Assembly: GCA_034189385.1 (NCBI GenBank)
Contig: JAXHVD010000001.1
Location: 224,001 to 288,000, forward strand
DNA from: Thermodesulfobacteriota bacterium
GTDB taxonomy: Bacteria; Desulfobacterota; Desulfobacteria; Desulfobacterales; C00003060
DNA: 64,000 nucleotides
Direction: 5' to 3'
Position 1 is the first letter of the stretch, and every line of letters begins with the position of its first letter. The translations under genes and the position numbers were made by a program. Below, in pieces: positions 21,531 to 31,185 of this stretch. Under the pieces are notes generated by a model that worked only from the letters and a program-made list of their open reading frames with translations, was not told the DNA's origin and did no database searches.

Positions 21531-21773
21531 AGGGCGGAGTTACCAAAGACCCTCGTTAAATACACGACGGCTCAACGGGGCCGCCTAGGACACATATTAG
21601 GCCCCAGCTATCTTATTCCCGCCCTTGACGGGGAAAGCTGATTCCGTACCCTCTGTGTGAGGCCAAGATCTCCTCTGACGTAACAAGGATTTATACCCCC
21701 GACATGGCTCATAGCGCCCTGTCAGGAGTCAGATGCGCATACTTTGAGGTGTGTCTCCATTGGCACTGCCCCC
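21531..21773 (-). ncRNA. Candidate structured non-coding RNA, about 243 nt, unknown class
   Basis: 5' and 3' ends pair; at least 5 internal helices whose G-U pairs work only on the minus strand; TACACT -10-like box 6 nt upstream. Confidence 0.55.
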
Positions 21774-21928
21774 GAATAAAGTGTAAAGATAGTGGAAAGA
21801 ATCTTCTAGGAAACCCCTTGGAATAAAACCTCAAGGAAGTCAAGTTGGCCTCCAAAGTTAAATCCTTGATGTTGATTAGAGCAAAAGGGATGGTCTACAT
21901 AGGCTTGGGCACCCAAGATTATCCCTTG

Positions 21929-22498
21929 TCAAACCTTCGTCCATGTGGGGGATTCATCTTCTAGGTCAGCAATGCTATAGTAAACCGTTTTTCCAAACTC
22001 GAGGATCTGATTACTGTACCACGCGGAACTGGTGAGTTTATGAAAATACGCGGCGTGGGTTTCAGCGTCTATCACTCTTTTAAAGAGTAGAAAATGAAGC
22101 ATCATGAGGGAATTAAAATAGGCAATGCCTTCTCGTTCCATGGATAAAAGGACCTTCTTGTCTTCAGATATGACTGGCAACCTACGTTCAAGGGCACAGG
22201 CAACGAGTTTGTGGTCATTGGTCATCCTGTCTGCATGGCATGTGACCACACTGATAGGCAGGCCCTCGAAGCCGGCCTCGTCCAGCATCTCTTGGGGAGC
22301 GTAAAGTGTGACAGTCCGAGTTAACTCTTCAAAAAAACCCGCTTTGTGCATATAGATGATGGAAGAGGCATCGATAAGGGCCTTGGAAAGGCTTCGAAAC
22401 TGTAACAGCACCCGGTAATGGTCCTTGGAGGTCCATCTTGATGACAGGGAGCTTGCTGATTTTTTGGAGAACTTCCTATTTTTGTTCAAGGGCCTCAC
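21929..22498 (-). CDS. PIN-domain protein (start may be GTG 22411)
   Basis: LIDASS..EMLDE..NDHKL..ISEDKK gives the acidic tetrad pattern of PIN nucleases. Confidence 0.7.
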   Translation of the reverse strand: MRPLNKNRKFSKKSASSLSSRWTSKDHYRVLLQFRSLSKALIDASSIIYMHKAGFFEELTRTVTLYAPQEMLDEAGFEGLPISVVTCHADRMTNDHKLVACALERRLPVISEDKKVLLSMEREGIAYFNSLMMLHFLLFKRVIDAETHAAYFHKLTSSAWYSNQILEFGKTVYYSIADLEDESPTWTKV

Positions 22499-22715
22499 CT
22501 TTCAAAAACCTGCTCATCTCTTGGCCGAAAACGGACCCCAATGCCCACGTCCTTGTACTGCATCCGTGGACGGGCACTCCCCAGAACAATGTCGTTCGCA
22601 AACAATGATCCTTGAAAGCCCTGGAGTGTTATGTACTTCTTTTTCTTGACTTCCCGACAATAGGTGTTACCCTATCTACATCGGGAACATAGTCCAGCCG
22701 CAAAAGGAGCCTAGC

Positions 22716-23207
22716 ATGAAAACAGTTGAAAGTGGTCATTTTGTCAAAATCGATTACACTGGCACATTGGAAAACGGTAATACCTTCGATTCCAGCCGCA
22801 ATTCGCAACCCATTGAGGTTGAAGTCGGAGCAGGAAGGCTAATCAAGGGGTTTGAGCAGGCACTCATAGGCATGGTCTTAAAGGAAAAAAAGACCTTTAC
22901 CCTTTCTCCTGAGGAGGCTTATGGGCCCAGAGATGAAAACTTGGAACACAGCTTCATGCGCTCTGAGCTACCTGAGGGTGTTGATCCGAAGGCTGGCCAG
23001 ATCTTGACGCTGAAGAATCCTGAGGGTGGCCAGTTTCCGGCATTGGTGAAGCATGCGGACACCGAGAAGATCACAGTGGATCTAAATCACCCTCTGGCAG
23101 GAGAGACCCTTACCTTTGAAATAGAGATCCTTGAGATCAATGACATGCCCAGTCCATGCTCGTGCACGCCATCGTCCTGCGAGAGCTGTTGCAGCAGTTG
23201 TCAGTAA
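22716..23207 (+). CDS. slyD: FKBP-type peptidyl-prolyl isomerase SlyD with Cys-rich tail
   Basis: DYTGTLENG..FDSS, GFEQAL, PEEAYG, DLNHPLAG; tail CSCTPSSCESCCSSC. Confidence 0.92.
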   Translation: MKTVESGHFVKIDYTGTLENGNTFDSSRNSQPIEVEVGAGRLIKGFEQALIGMVLKEKKTFTLSPEEAYGPRDENLEHSFMRSELPEGVDPKAGQILTLKNPEGGQFPALVKHADTEKITVDLNHPLAGETLTFEIEILEINDMPSPCSCTPSSCESCCSSCQ

Positions 23208-23235
23208 TCACATAGACAAGCAAGCCTAAAATGAG

Positions 23236-23261
23236 AAAGCCGGCTTTAAAAGCCGGCTTTT
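23236..23261 (+). terminator. Intrinsic terminator after slyD
   Basis: AAAGCCGGCT-TTAAA-AGCCGGCTTTT. Confidence 0.8.
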
Positions 23262-23613
23262 ATATCTCCTGCTTTTGAAGGAACGACGTATAGAGGGCCC
23301 CATACTCTTCTCACCCCCGTCAATTTGTCTTTAGATATAAGAGGTTCTTACAGGAAACCCTGGTGTGGCTAGGCCGGATCCATCGAGGCAGGGACGCCGC
23401 TTTTTTTGATCTTGATCTGTTTAAATAATCCTAGCGGCGTTGTCAATGTGCTGGCCCAGATTTGCCAGGACAGCTCACAAAGCCTTGTCCTCTGGCAGTT
23501 CCTTGACAAACTTGTCAGGGGGCCATATGGTGTATTATGTTTCGTGTCTGTTTCCCGTGAGATCTTATGGGGTTAGGTTTCAAAAACATGCCCACATACG
23601 AGGAGTTTAACCT

Positions 23614-24651
23614 TTGTATCTCGCTCAATGCGCAATAAAGGGACAGGTTCACTATTTTATTAGGGAATCTGTCTGGGATGGCAACTGTTTTAAGAGCCGT
23701 CAGCTCCTGAGCCTGGGTACCAACCCTGGAGACTACATCGTATATCCTGGAGGAAATGCCTACTACATTCACCAGGCCGTGGAAGACAAACTCGATTCTT
23801 TGGGGTGTCCTGCAAAGGGAGATGAGTTAGAAGACCTTTTCTGTCCCTTTATGAAGCCCCGCATCAGACGGCTTGTGGAATCGTTTCGGGAAAGGGCCAA
23901 GGCCAGAGAGAAGAGACTTGGTCTCAAACCAGAAGAAGAACATCGGCTTCGGACAAAGACAGCCGAGTTTGACAAACGGCGTATTCATTACTTGAGGTCC
24001 GGCCGTATGGACCAGGGCCGGATTGGGCGCATGCCTCTTCAGATGTACAAATGGCTGTGTGGAAAATCACGGGACGAAATAGAACAATGCTTCATGAGAA
24101 TGGAGTGCCGCCTCAAGGCATCTGAACTCAAGATCTATACTTACGTGATTTTTAACTTGCAGCGGTTTTTTACTGAGAGTTTTGCAAAGACCATCCCTCA
24201 AGGGTTAAACCAGCAGGAGGTAGAAAAGTATTTTCTCAAAGGGATATGTTCCCTGAATCGTGACCCTTCATTCTGGGCAGGAGAAGAAGTCGGCAGTTCT
24301 TTGCATCCTTATTTGATCCGCTATCTCATCATGTTTTTTGATTACGAATACGGGCCAGACACTTTCTGGCGTGACTACATAAGAGATTTTATGAACGCAA
24401 GGAGGTCCTGGGGACCACTCCAACGAAAAAGCACCATGACCTACAAGGAGGCTAGTGACATATTTGGCGTCACAGAAGTAGCCCTGAAAAAAATGACAAA
24501 ACGAGGCATCGTCAGGTTGTATCGGCGGATGGCTCAAAAACTCCACCCTGACAAGGGGGGATCGCACGAGAAGTTCATTCAACTTACAGAAGCCTATCAT
24601 GATCTTCTTAAAAAGAGGGTTAAGACCACTGTGCGATTTACGAGAAGATAG
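23614..24651 (+). CDS. Protein with C-terminal J (DnaJ) domain
   Basis: YRRMAQKLHPDKGGSHEKFIQLTEAY; RBS GAGGAG before TTG. Confidence 0.85.
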   Translation: MYLAQCAIKGQVHYFIRESVWDGNCFKSRQLLSLGTNPGDYIVYPGGNAYYIHQAVEDKLDSLGCPAKGDELEDLFCPFMKPRIRRLVESFRERAKAREKRLGLKPEEEHRLRTKTAEFDKRRIHYLRSGRMDQGRIGRMPLQMYKWLCGKSRDEIEQCFMRMECRLKASELKIYTYVIFNLQRFFTESFAKTIPQGLNQQEVEKYFLKGICSLNRDPSFWAGEEVGSSLHPYLIRYLIMFFDYEYGPDTFWRDYIRDFMNARRSWGPLQRKSTMTYKEASDIFGVTEVALKKMTKRGIVRLYRRMAQKLHPDKGGSHEKFIQLTEAYHDLLKKRVKTTVRFTRR

Positions 24652-25067
24652 GAGTATCTTGCCTCTTCACCTGCAGTAACCCCCTAGGTCGAAATCAAGG
24701 GGTCTAACCGGTTCTGTTTGGATGACCGGCAAAAGGCTTGCGCAAACAGAAGAAAACCTTGTCCCAAACTTCAACTTAAAGCCCCTTTTTTTGCTGGGCA
24801 GTCACCAGCTGTTGTTCTGAGGGCATATGGTGTCATTAGGCGCTTGTGCCGTTTCCGATCTTACGCAACCGCTTTTCGCTCTTCTGTCATAAGGCTGGGG
24901 TTGTCTCCGCCTATTCCCAATGAATTTCGCTGGTAGGCCTCTTGCAGATGAACAAACTACTTCTGCCCGCTAATGGCTTTCAAGCGCATATAAAAGAAAG
25001 GGGGGCGCCTCACTCTTGCCAACAAATCTTGGCGCGTCCCGCTTCAAGGAAGGTGACGCATGCCAAC

Positions 25068-25376
25068 TCAGTGGAAATCGGGCTCTGGCTCCGGCGCATC
25101 CATCTCGTCAGGGAAGTGGGCAAAAGGAAAAGGGCGCGTGTTTTCGTTCAGAGTTATGTATCTCAACAGCCTGTATTCAAAGACAGCGGCTTTGTTGGAA
25201 AACCGCCGCACAGGATCGCTGTGTCCCACGGTGATGAATAGGTACACGTACTGAAAGAGGACGGCGATCTGAATGATCAGCTTGACGATTTCAAAAATGA
25301 TCAGAAATAAGACGGTGTAAAGGAACCGGATGGCAATCTCCTTGCGGGTCAATAAAACATCTTCCACAGCTTCCAT
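25068..25376 (-). CDS. DUF4389 family membrane protein
   Basis: RBS AGGAGG; IRFLYTVLF..FQY..RYITLNENTRPFPF. Confidence 0.85.
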   Translation of the reverse strand: MEAVEDVLLTRKEIAIRFLYTVLFLIIFEIVKLIIQIAVLFQYVYLFITVGHSDPVRRFSNKAAVFEYRLLRYITLNENTRPFPFAHFPDEMDAPEPEPDFH

Positions 25377-25498
25377 CTTGATGAATCCTCCTTTCGTCGC
25401 TTCCCGACATGGCGCTTTAAGGTGCCCCACCATGGTGTTGATATTCTATCGCTTTAGTGGGGAGGGCAATCCAATTTTTTGCTCAACACCACATACCT

Positions 25499-25789
25499 TT
25501 AATCCAAAGAGGAAAGGAGATCCATGTCTCCGCCCAGGTACTTCAACTCTTCTCTGCTGGGAGGGTCGCAACGGCTTCCCGAGTATGCAGCGATAAGATA
25601 TGATATACGGGAAAGGCAGCCGGGAGAAAAATAGACCACGTAACCGGCAGGAGTGATTTCTCCTTGGAATAGGGCCATGCCTTTTGGTTCTCCCAGGTCC
25701 AGGAATACATACTCAAAGTCATTTGCCAATCCTATGAGTTCGCCTGCCACGACTTGCTGATTTGTAAGCAATGCCTTACACCACGACAT
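25499..25789 (-). CDS. Hypothetical protein
   Basis: RBS AGGAGG; 96 aa MSWCK..VYFSPGC..CDPP. Confidence 0.65.
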   Translation of the reverse strand: MSWCKALLTNQQVVAGELIGLANDFEYVFLDLGEPKGMALFQGEITPAGYVVYFSPGCLSRISYLIAAYSGSRCDPPSREELKYLGGDMDLLSSLD

Positions 25790-26006
25790 AAGCCCTCCTG
25801 TGATGCATGATAGGGATTCCAAACCAGATCCGAACACCTGCCAGGTCTGTCCCTTCCCCTCTGCCTGCACAGATGGCGGCTGGGATGTGCTTCTCAGTTT
25901 AGTTTCTGAGCCCCTTCGGAGTCTGCATAAAGGAAGAGCAGACCTGAAGCTTGATTCCCAAGCATGGGCTGCCCAGTCCCTTTACGAAGCACCAACTCCC
26001 CTTCTT

Positions 26007-27116
26007 TCAGATCATGGTCTCAAGAGGAGTGTATTGGAGGTTAAAGGCCTGTGCAACTGCCTTGTAAGTGATTTTTCCGCCAAAGACATTCACGCCCTTT
26101 GCCAAGGCGGGGTCCTTTTGCACGGCGCCCAAGATCCCCTCTTGAGCGAGTTTAACGACATAGGGTAGAGTGGCGTTGGACAAGGCATAGGTGCTGGTCC
26201 GCGGGACAGCACCAGGCATATTGGTGACGCCGTAATGAAGGATGCCGTCCACTATGTGTATAGGGTCCGAGTGGGAAGTAGGGAGGGTTGTCTCTATGCA
26301 TCCTCCCTGATCCACCGAGACGTCCACAACCACGCTCCCGGGTTCCATGGTTCTGATCATCTCGCGGGTCACCAGACGGGGTGCTCTGGCACCTTTTAAC
26401 AGGACTGCGCCAATGAGTAAATCGGCTGTTTTCACGGCATGGGCAATGTTTATGGGATTGGCACTCAGGGTTGTAAGCCGGCCGTGGAGGATCGGGTCCA
26501 GATACCGGAGGCGGTCCGTGTCTACATCCATCAGAATCACACGTGCTCCCATGCCAAGGGCCACCTGGGCTGCGCTGGTTCCCACCACACCAGCCCCAAG
26601 GATCGTCACATCTGCTGGACGGACACCGGCCACACCGCCCAGGAGTTTCCCGCGACCACCACGGGTCTTTTCCAGACATTGTGCTCCCACTTGAACCGCC
26701 ATGCGTCCAGCCACCTCACTCATGGGGATAAGCAACGGCAGGCTGCCGTCTGGTCGTTCAACGGTTTCGTAGGCGATGCCGGTCACCCCCCTCTTTACCA
26801 TTTCCAGGGTCAGGTCCCTTTCCGCAGCCAGATGGAGATAGGTGAACAACACCAGATCCGGGCCCATGAACCCGTATTCAGAGGGCTGAGGCTCCTTGAC
26901 CTTGACTACCAGGTCCGAACTCCACACGTCTTCTGCTCGGGAGGCCAGAGAGGCTCCGGCTACTTGGTATTCCTCGTCCTTAAATCCACTTTCTTCGCCA
27001 GCCCCTGTTTCCACGCGTACCTCGTGTCCGCTTTCAATCATCTGCCGAACGCCCCCAGGCATCATGGCTACTCGGTACTCGTCCGGTTTAACTTCCTTGG
27101 GCAATCCAATAATCAT
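26007..27116 (-). CDS. ald: Alanine dehydrogenase
   Basis: IGLPKEVK..EYRV, KVKEP, FTYLHLA, PMSEVAG, DQGGC, NMPGAVPRTST. Confidence 0.97.
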   Translation of the reverse strand: MIIGLPKEVKPDEYRVAMMPGGVRQMIESGHEVRVETGAGEESGFKDEEYQVAGASLASRAEDVWSSDLVVKVKEPQPSEYGFMGPDLVLFTYLHLAAERDLTLEMVKRGVTGIAYETVERPDGSLPLLIPMSEVAGRMAVQVGAQCLEKTRGGRGKLLGGVAGVRPADVTILGAGVVGTSAAQVALGMGARVILMDVDTDRLRYLDPILHGRLTTLSANPINIAHAVKTADLLIGAVLLKGARAPRLVTREMIRTMEPGSVVVDVSVDQGGCIETTLPTSHSDPIHIVDGILHYGVTNMPGAVPRTSTYALSNATLPYVVKLAQEGILGAVQKDPALAKGVNVFGGKITYKAVAQAFNLQYTPLETMI

Positions 27117-27195
27117 GTGACTGGCCTCCGTGCCGGTGCTTCAACGACTCTGTTTACGATCGTGCAAGGGGGGGCGATCATGGTCCTGCGGGAGC

Positions 27196-27360
27196 CTATT
27201 TGCCGATCTTGCAGTCTCCGCATCCGCAGACAGGGCAAGGTTCATGGATTCCATGATCAGAGCCTTTGTCATCTGTTAAGACGCGATCCACATAGACCTT
27301 AAAAGCATGACCGCACTCCGGACAAAAGGCATCAACCTTCTCATGCTCTGCTTCTTCCAT
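27196..27360 (-). CDS. Small zinc-ribbon/CPxCG protein, 54 aa (not in ORF track)
   Basis: MEEAEHEKVDAFCPECGHAFKVYVDRVLTDDKGSDHGIHEPCPVCGCGDCKIGK; purine-rich RBS GGAAGGA. Confidence 0.75.
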   Translation of the reverse strand: MEEAEHEKVDAFCPECGHAFKVYVDRVLTDDKGSDHGIHEPCPVCGCGDCKIGK

Positions 27361-27403
27361 CGCTTATCATCCTTCCAATCCTTTTTCTGCCTCTCAATGT
27401 TGC

Positions 27404-28567
27404 CTATCTCTTCTCAATCTTGCGCCAATTCAGGTTCGAACCGATATTTGGGTTGAAACTCGGGCTCTCGGAAAGGACGTATTCTCCAAGGCTGTTGGTC
27501 CAGACGTTGTCGTATCCGGCAGGCAGCTCTACATTCTTTTCCTCTATAGGGTTGTAATATTTGTCAACACCTCTAATGTACTGACTAAAGCTGTCGGCAA
27601 TTTTGTCATTGACTGCCTGTCTCTCATAGAAGGATTTCATGGACATTTCGCTGATTTCATTGCTTGTCTGACTGATGATCTTGCTCAGCTGACCAACACT
27701 ATGAATCTGCTGAATCTGTTTTTGAATCAGGTATTCAACCACCTGGTTATACTTGGCAAACCACTTTGGGCTCAACTCAAAAGAATAGGCTATGGCCTGG
27801 AACGTCTTGGAATGGACATCCAGTCTCCCTTTCTCTGCCTTGAATGAGAAGATGTGGTCAACATACCAATTGATATTCGTCACCACTCCGGCCATGGTCT
27901 GTATAGGGAAGGCCATGGATTGAACGACTGTGTAGATCTCCTCCTCTATGGTGTTGCCCTTTTGGTTGTATTCAATACGTATTTTTCCTCCATCGGCTGA
28001 CACAGAGACACCAGGTTGTGAATGTGTTCCAGCCCCCACTGCTTTGGCGAGGTCGGGAAGGGATTGTTCATTGACGATTCGCAAGTCAGAGACATTCTGT
28101 CTAAACCGTGGAACAACAATTTGCTTGAGCGCTTCCACCGGCCTCGCAAGGGGACGGACTTCGTTTCCGAAATAGCGTGAACCAATGGGGAACATGGATA
28201 GTGTCATCTGATTGTTCGTCCAAAAAAAGGGCTGTGTAGGAAAGACCTCGAATTCTTCTGTACCCTCTGGATTCCAAACCCGAAAACCTGCTGAAGCAGG
28301 CATGCCAGGGTTGTCGAGTACCCATTTGATGCCGCCCTCAAATTGCCACTCCGACGGAATGAGCATGCGAAAGGCCTCCATGCCTGTGCCCTGTCGGTCA
28401 ACGTAGCTGAAGGTCTTGAATCGAAGACCCGTTCCTATTTCACTGGCAGATAGACCTGGCGGTGTAGCGCCCTTCCCCCTGTTTCCAGCTTCATCGGGTT
28501 TTTCACCACACGTCAAGCTGGTGGCAAGGAGCAGCAACAATGCCACAAACACCACCTTTCTTCCCAT
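27404..28567 (-). CDS. Hypothetical lipoprotein
   Basis: RBS AGGAGG, signal peptide ending SLT-C, 387 aa. Confidence 0.75.
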   Translation of the reverse strand: MGRKVVFVALLLLLATSLTCGEKPDEAGNRGKGATPPGLSASEIGTGLRFKTFSYVDRQGTGMEAFRMLIPSEWQFEGGIKWVLDNPGMPASAGFRVWNPEGTEEFEVFPTQPFFWTNNQMTLSMFPIGSRYFGNEVRPLARPVEALKQIVVPRFRQNVSDLRIVNEQSLPDLAKAVGAGTHSQPGVSVSADGGKIRIEYNQKGNTIEEEIYTVVQSMAFPIQTMAGVVTNINWYVDHIFSFKAEKGRLDVHSKTFQAIAYSFELSPKWFAKYNQVVEYLIQKQIQQIHSVGQLSKIISQTSNEISEMSMKSFYERQAVNDKIADSFSQYIRGVDKYYNPIEEKNVELPAGYDNVWTNSLGEYVLSESPSFNPNIGSNLNWRKIEKR

Positions 28568-28628
28568 GGCAAGCCCTCCTTTTCGCATTTTCACTTACTT
28601 TCCATGGTCCGGTGAGGCAGGGTGCCGT

Positions 28629-28883
28629 TCATTCTTTGGAAGACGCCCCGTCCAGCAACCAGGAAAACTCAAGACCTGGACCGACACATCGCCACCCGTC
28701 CTTTTTCAATTGTGTCCCTGTGGCCCTGAAGTCCACGCCTTTCAGCCTTTCTATGACATGAGCCCCGTTCTTCTCGTCAACCCAGAAAGACACGGCCTCT
28801 CCTGACTTGGCAAGGAGGACGCACCCGCCATTTGTGTGCTGAAAGAGCCTCTGTGCTCCTGGGTCACCCTTGGGGTTTCTCAT
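28629..28883 (-). CDS. Small hypothetical protein (84 aa)
   Basis: ATG after AAGGA; co-oriented with neighbours. Confidence 0.55.
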   Translation of the reverse strand: MRNPKGDPGAQRLFQHTNGGCVLLAKSGEAVSFWVDEKNGAHVIERLKGVDFRATGTQLKKDGWRCVGPGLEFSWLLDGASSKE

Positions 28884-29044
28884 GGTCCAGGTCCTTGGAA
28901 ACAGGAAATGATGAAAAAGCTGAGAAGGACAAAAGAGAGACTCAAGGCCCGGGGGCTTGATATCGGAGATGTCGCTCCCGGCTCTTTTGGTCAACCTGCT
29001 TCTATTTACTCGTCGTTGACTACGAACGCAGCCAAGAGCTCTTG

Positions 29045-29206
29045 TCACTTCTGCAACAGCTTCTTGACTTGCGACGCATTCTCTTGGCTCTTCAGATAAG
29101 CGCTATGAGCCGCTTGGAAAAGCTCGTCGCCCTGTTGGGCGCACTCCAAGAGCTCACGCTGGAGTCGCTCAACCTTTGATGCGATGATGTCCTTTTTCTT
29201 GAGCAT
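29045..29206 (-). CDS. Small helical protein, 53 aa (66 aa, to 29006, if the TGA is read through)
   Basis: Strong RBS AAGGAGG; MLKKKDIIASKVERLQRELLECAQQGDELFQAAHSAYLKSQENASQVKKLLQK-TGA. Confidence 0.65.
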   Translation of the reverse strand: MLKKKDIIASKVERLQRELLECAQQGDELFQAAHSAYLKSQENASQVKKLLQK

Positions 29207-29374
29207 TGCCTTTCCTCCTTGAAACAGCCATTGGCAGTCGGGATACTTCTTGGCATTCTTTTCTCTTGGAAGAAATCAGGGTCATATGGCAGCCAATCGG
29301 CTTTGGTTCATTGCTTTCTCGGGGCAGATTCCCTGACAGCAGAAGCACCCTAGGGCAGAGCAAGGCGTTCTTGC

Positions 29375-29704
29375 TCAGCCGAACTGGGCTTTCAGCTTGG
29401 TACACTCATAGCCTCTGCAATATTTTGGCCGGTAGGGATAAATAGTGCACCCTTTTTGGGGCGCCAAATACCAGCAGCCTTTACAGCACTTCTGGCAGTC
29501 CATACAAAATTGTTGCCTATCACTGGGATGAAGGGCGTCGTAGCCTTTGTCGTATTCACCGAAGAAAGGCCCAAAAGGGAATTCATAGAAGCATGCTTCG
29601 CAATAAACGGCGTCGCCATGGTCTACGTCAAAAAGGGCAGTCTCGTCTGTCAGAGTCTTGCCGCATCCCACGCATTGATAGGATTGAGCATATTTATCTT
29701 CCAT
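29375..29704 (-). CDS. Cys-rich protein: N-terminal CxxC..CxxC ribbon plus YkgJ-like CxxCxxCC domain
   Basis: CVGC, CEAC, CMDCQKCC, CTIYPYRPKYCRGYEC. Confidence 0.75.
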   Translation of the reverse strand: MEDKYAQSYQCVGCGKTLTDETALFDVDHGDAVYCEACFYEFPFGPFFGEYDKGYDALHPSDRQQFCMDCQKCCKGCWYLAPQKGCTIYPYRPKYCRGYECTKLKAQFG

Positions 29705-29731
29705 GGTCTCTGAAAGCCGTGTCCAGTTTGG

Positions 29732-29932
29732 TCAACAACGCTGCCCTTTTCTCTTGAGAACACCATGATGGTCCTGTCGCTGGACTTTCTCATGGCAGGG
29801 ATGGTTCTTGTAAACAAGCCGTCTTTTTTTCCTGCAGTAAAGGGCTTGAAAGGTTCGGCAAGATCCAGACCCATCCATTGCATGATCGTCGGGCCAATCT
29901 GCGTACTCGCATTGCATGTCACAAAACTCCAT
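29732..29932 (-). CDS. Small Cys-rich hypothetical protein (66 aa)
   Basis: MEFCDMQCEYA..DGSGSCRTFQALYC..KNHPC. Confidence 0.65.
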   Translation of the reverse strand: MEFCDMQCEYADWPDDHAMDGSGSCRTFQALYCRKKRRLVYKNHPCHEKVQRQDHHGVLKRKGQRC

Positions 29933-30023
29933 TCCTCTGGACCTTATCCTTGCCGCGCTATTTTCGTCTTTCAGCAGGGCCGGCACCTATACCCATTTTG
30001 TTGCTGCTGGCCGGGCCTTCGTC

Positions 30024-30401
30024 TTAAAGTCCAATGTAGAGCTCTACGGGATTCTGATAAAAGGGTAACTTGTGGGAACGTGTATACCAGATGTCCACAT
30101 GGATTATCTTCTCGGACCTGTCTACTTTGACTCTGACATCTTCTCTTGTATAATCAGCATCCGTGGAGTTCAATAATGTGATGATTTCGGCTTCTATGTT
30201 CCTCTGAGTGTCTCGGGGATGGTTTACAAAAGCAAACTCTAATTTTCCTCTGATGGACTCCTGGAGATTGTAATGATCCCAGTAAATCGGCACAAGCTGA
30301 AACCCTGCATAAACAAATGCACCTATGATGGTAAGGGTAAGAATGGCCTTTATCCAGGCCGTTCCACATTCATTGCCTGCTGAGAAAAGACTCTTGTTCA
30401 T
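30024..30401 (-). CDS. DUF4845-like membrane-anchored protein
   Basis: N-terminal TM helix followed by LVPIYWDHY. Confidence 0.6.
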   Translation of the reverse strand: MNKSLFSAGNECGTAWIKAILTLTIIGAFVYAGFQLVPIYWDHYNLQESIRGKLEFAFVNHPRDTQRNIEAEIITLLNSTDADYTREDVRVKVDRSEKIIHVDIWYTRSHKLPFYQNPVELYIGL

Positions 30402-30497
30402 AGCACATGCCCCCTTCCCCCAAGAGACTTGGGGTGCTCCTGTATATAAACATCCTCGGCTCCTTGGCTCCTTCAATCCTTGGACCCTTGTCTCCAA

Positions 30498-30773
30498 CTA
30501 GTGTCGTGTCTCAGAAATTCGTTTAAAAAGCAGAGTGCCGCCTTCAAGCCATTTTCCGGGCTCCGTGAGCATTTCCTGGACGTCAGCTTGGTTCCGCTGA
30601 ATCATGCACGAAGTGAAGCACTGGCGCTAAAACTCTCCGCCAGGGCGGATCAAACAGTTTATGATTCTTAACGCTTCACTCAGCTGACCTCTGATTCCGA
30701 AAATGCTCAATGTCGCACGTAAAAGGCTTTCGGCTGCACAGTAACTAATGGCACTTCTGCTTCATGACACTAG
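30498..30773. mobile_element. MITE-like element family C
   Basis: TIRs CTAGTGTCGTGTCTCAGAA / TTCTGCTTCATGACACTAG; no coding capacity. Confidence 0.65.
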
Positions 30774-31185
30774 ATTTGGAGAAGAACCATATTTTCTAAT
30801 CGGGCCGAAAAGCATGGAGTAGGTTGATAGAGATAGCAGGACGCTATCATAGGGTCGGGGCTTTTCGCCCCACTTTTCAGTCCATTGAGCAGGGACTCCA
30901 GACGTTTGAATCGGAGATTCGTCATTGGACAAGACGGCGGAATCAGGTAATTTCACCGGTGCCGCCCTTTTTTGAGCACCCTTCATGAAGAGAAGAATCT
31001 CTCCTCAACATGCCATGTGGTGCCCTATTCGGCCAAGATCACATCTGTTTGCTATCCTTAGCGTCGTCTGGCCCCATGGGCCTATATGGAAAGCAGACGT
31101 CCGTGGCCGTTCCCAAATGGCGACAAAGCCCACAAACAGACCTCCCCTCTCTTGGGAAGAAAGGCTGGACGCAGCTGTGAGAACC

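Noticed and set aside
21750..21790. Cobalamin riboswitch (plus-strand CACTGCCCCCG)
   Set aside because: Lacks the upstream GGGAA/GGTG-AATCC and the CAACTGT parts of the core
26439..27302. 287-aa plus-strand ORF
   Set aside because: Antisense to ald
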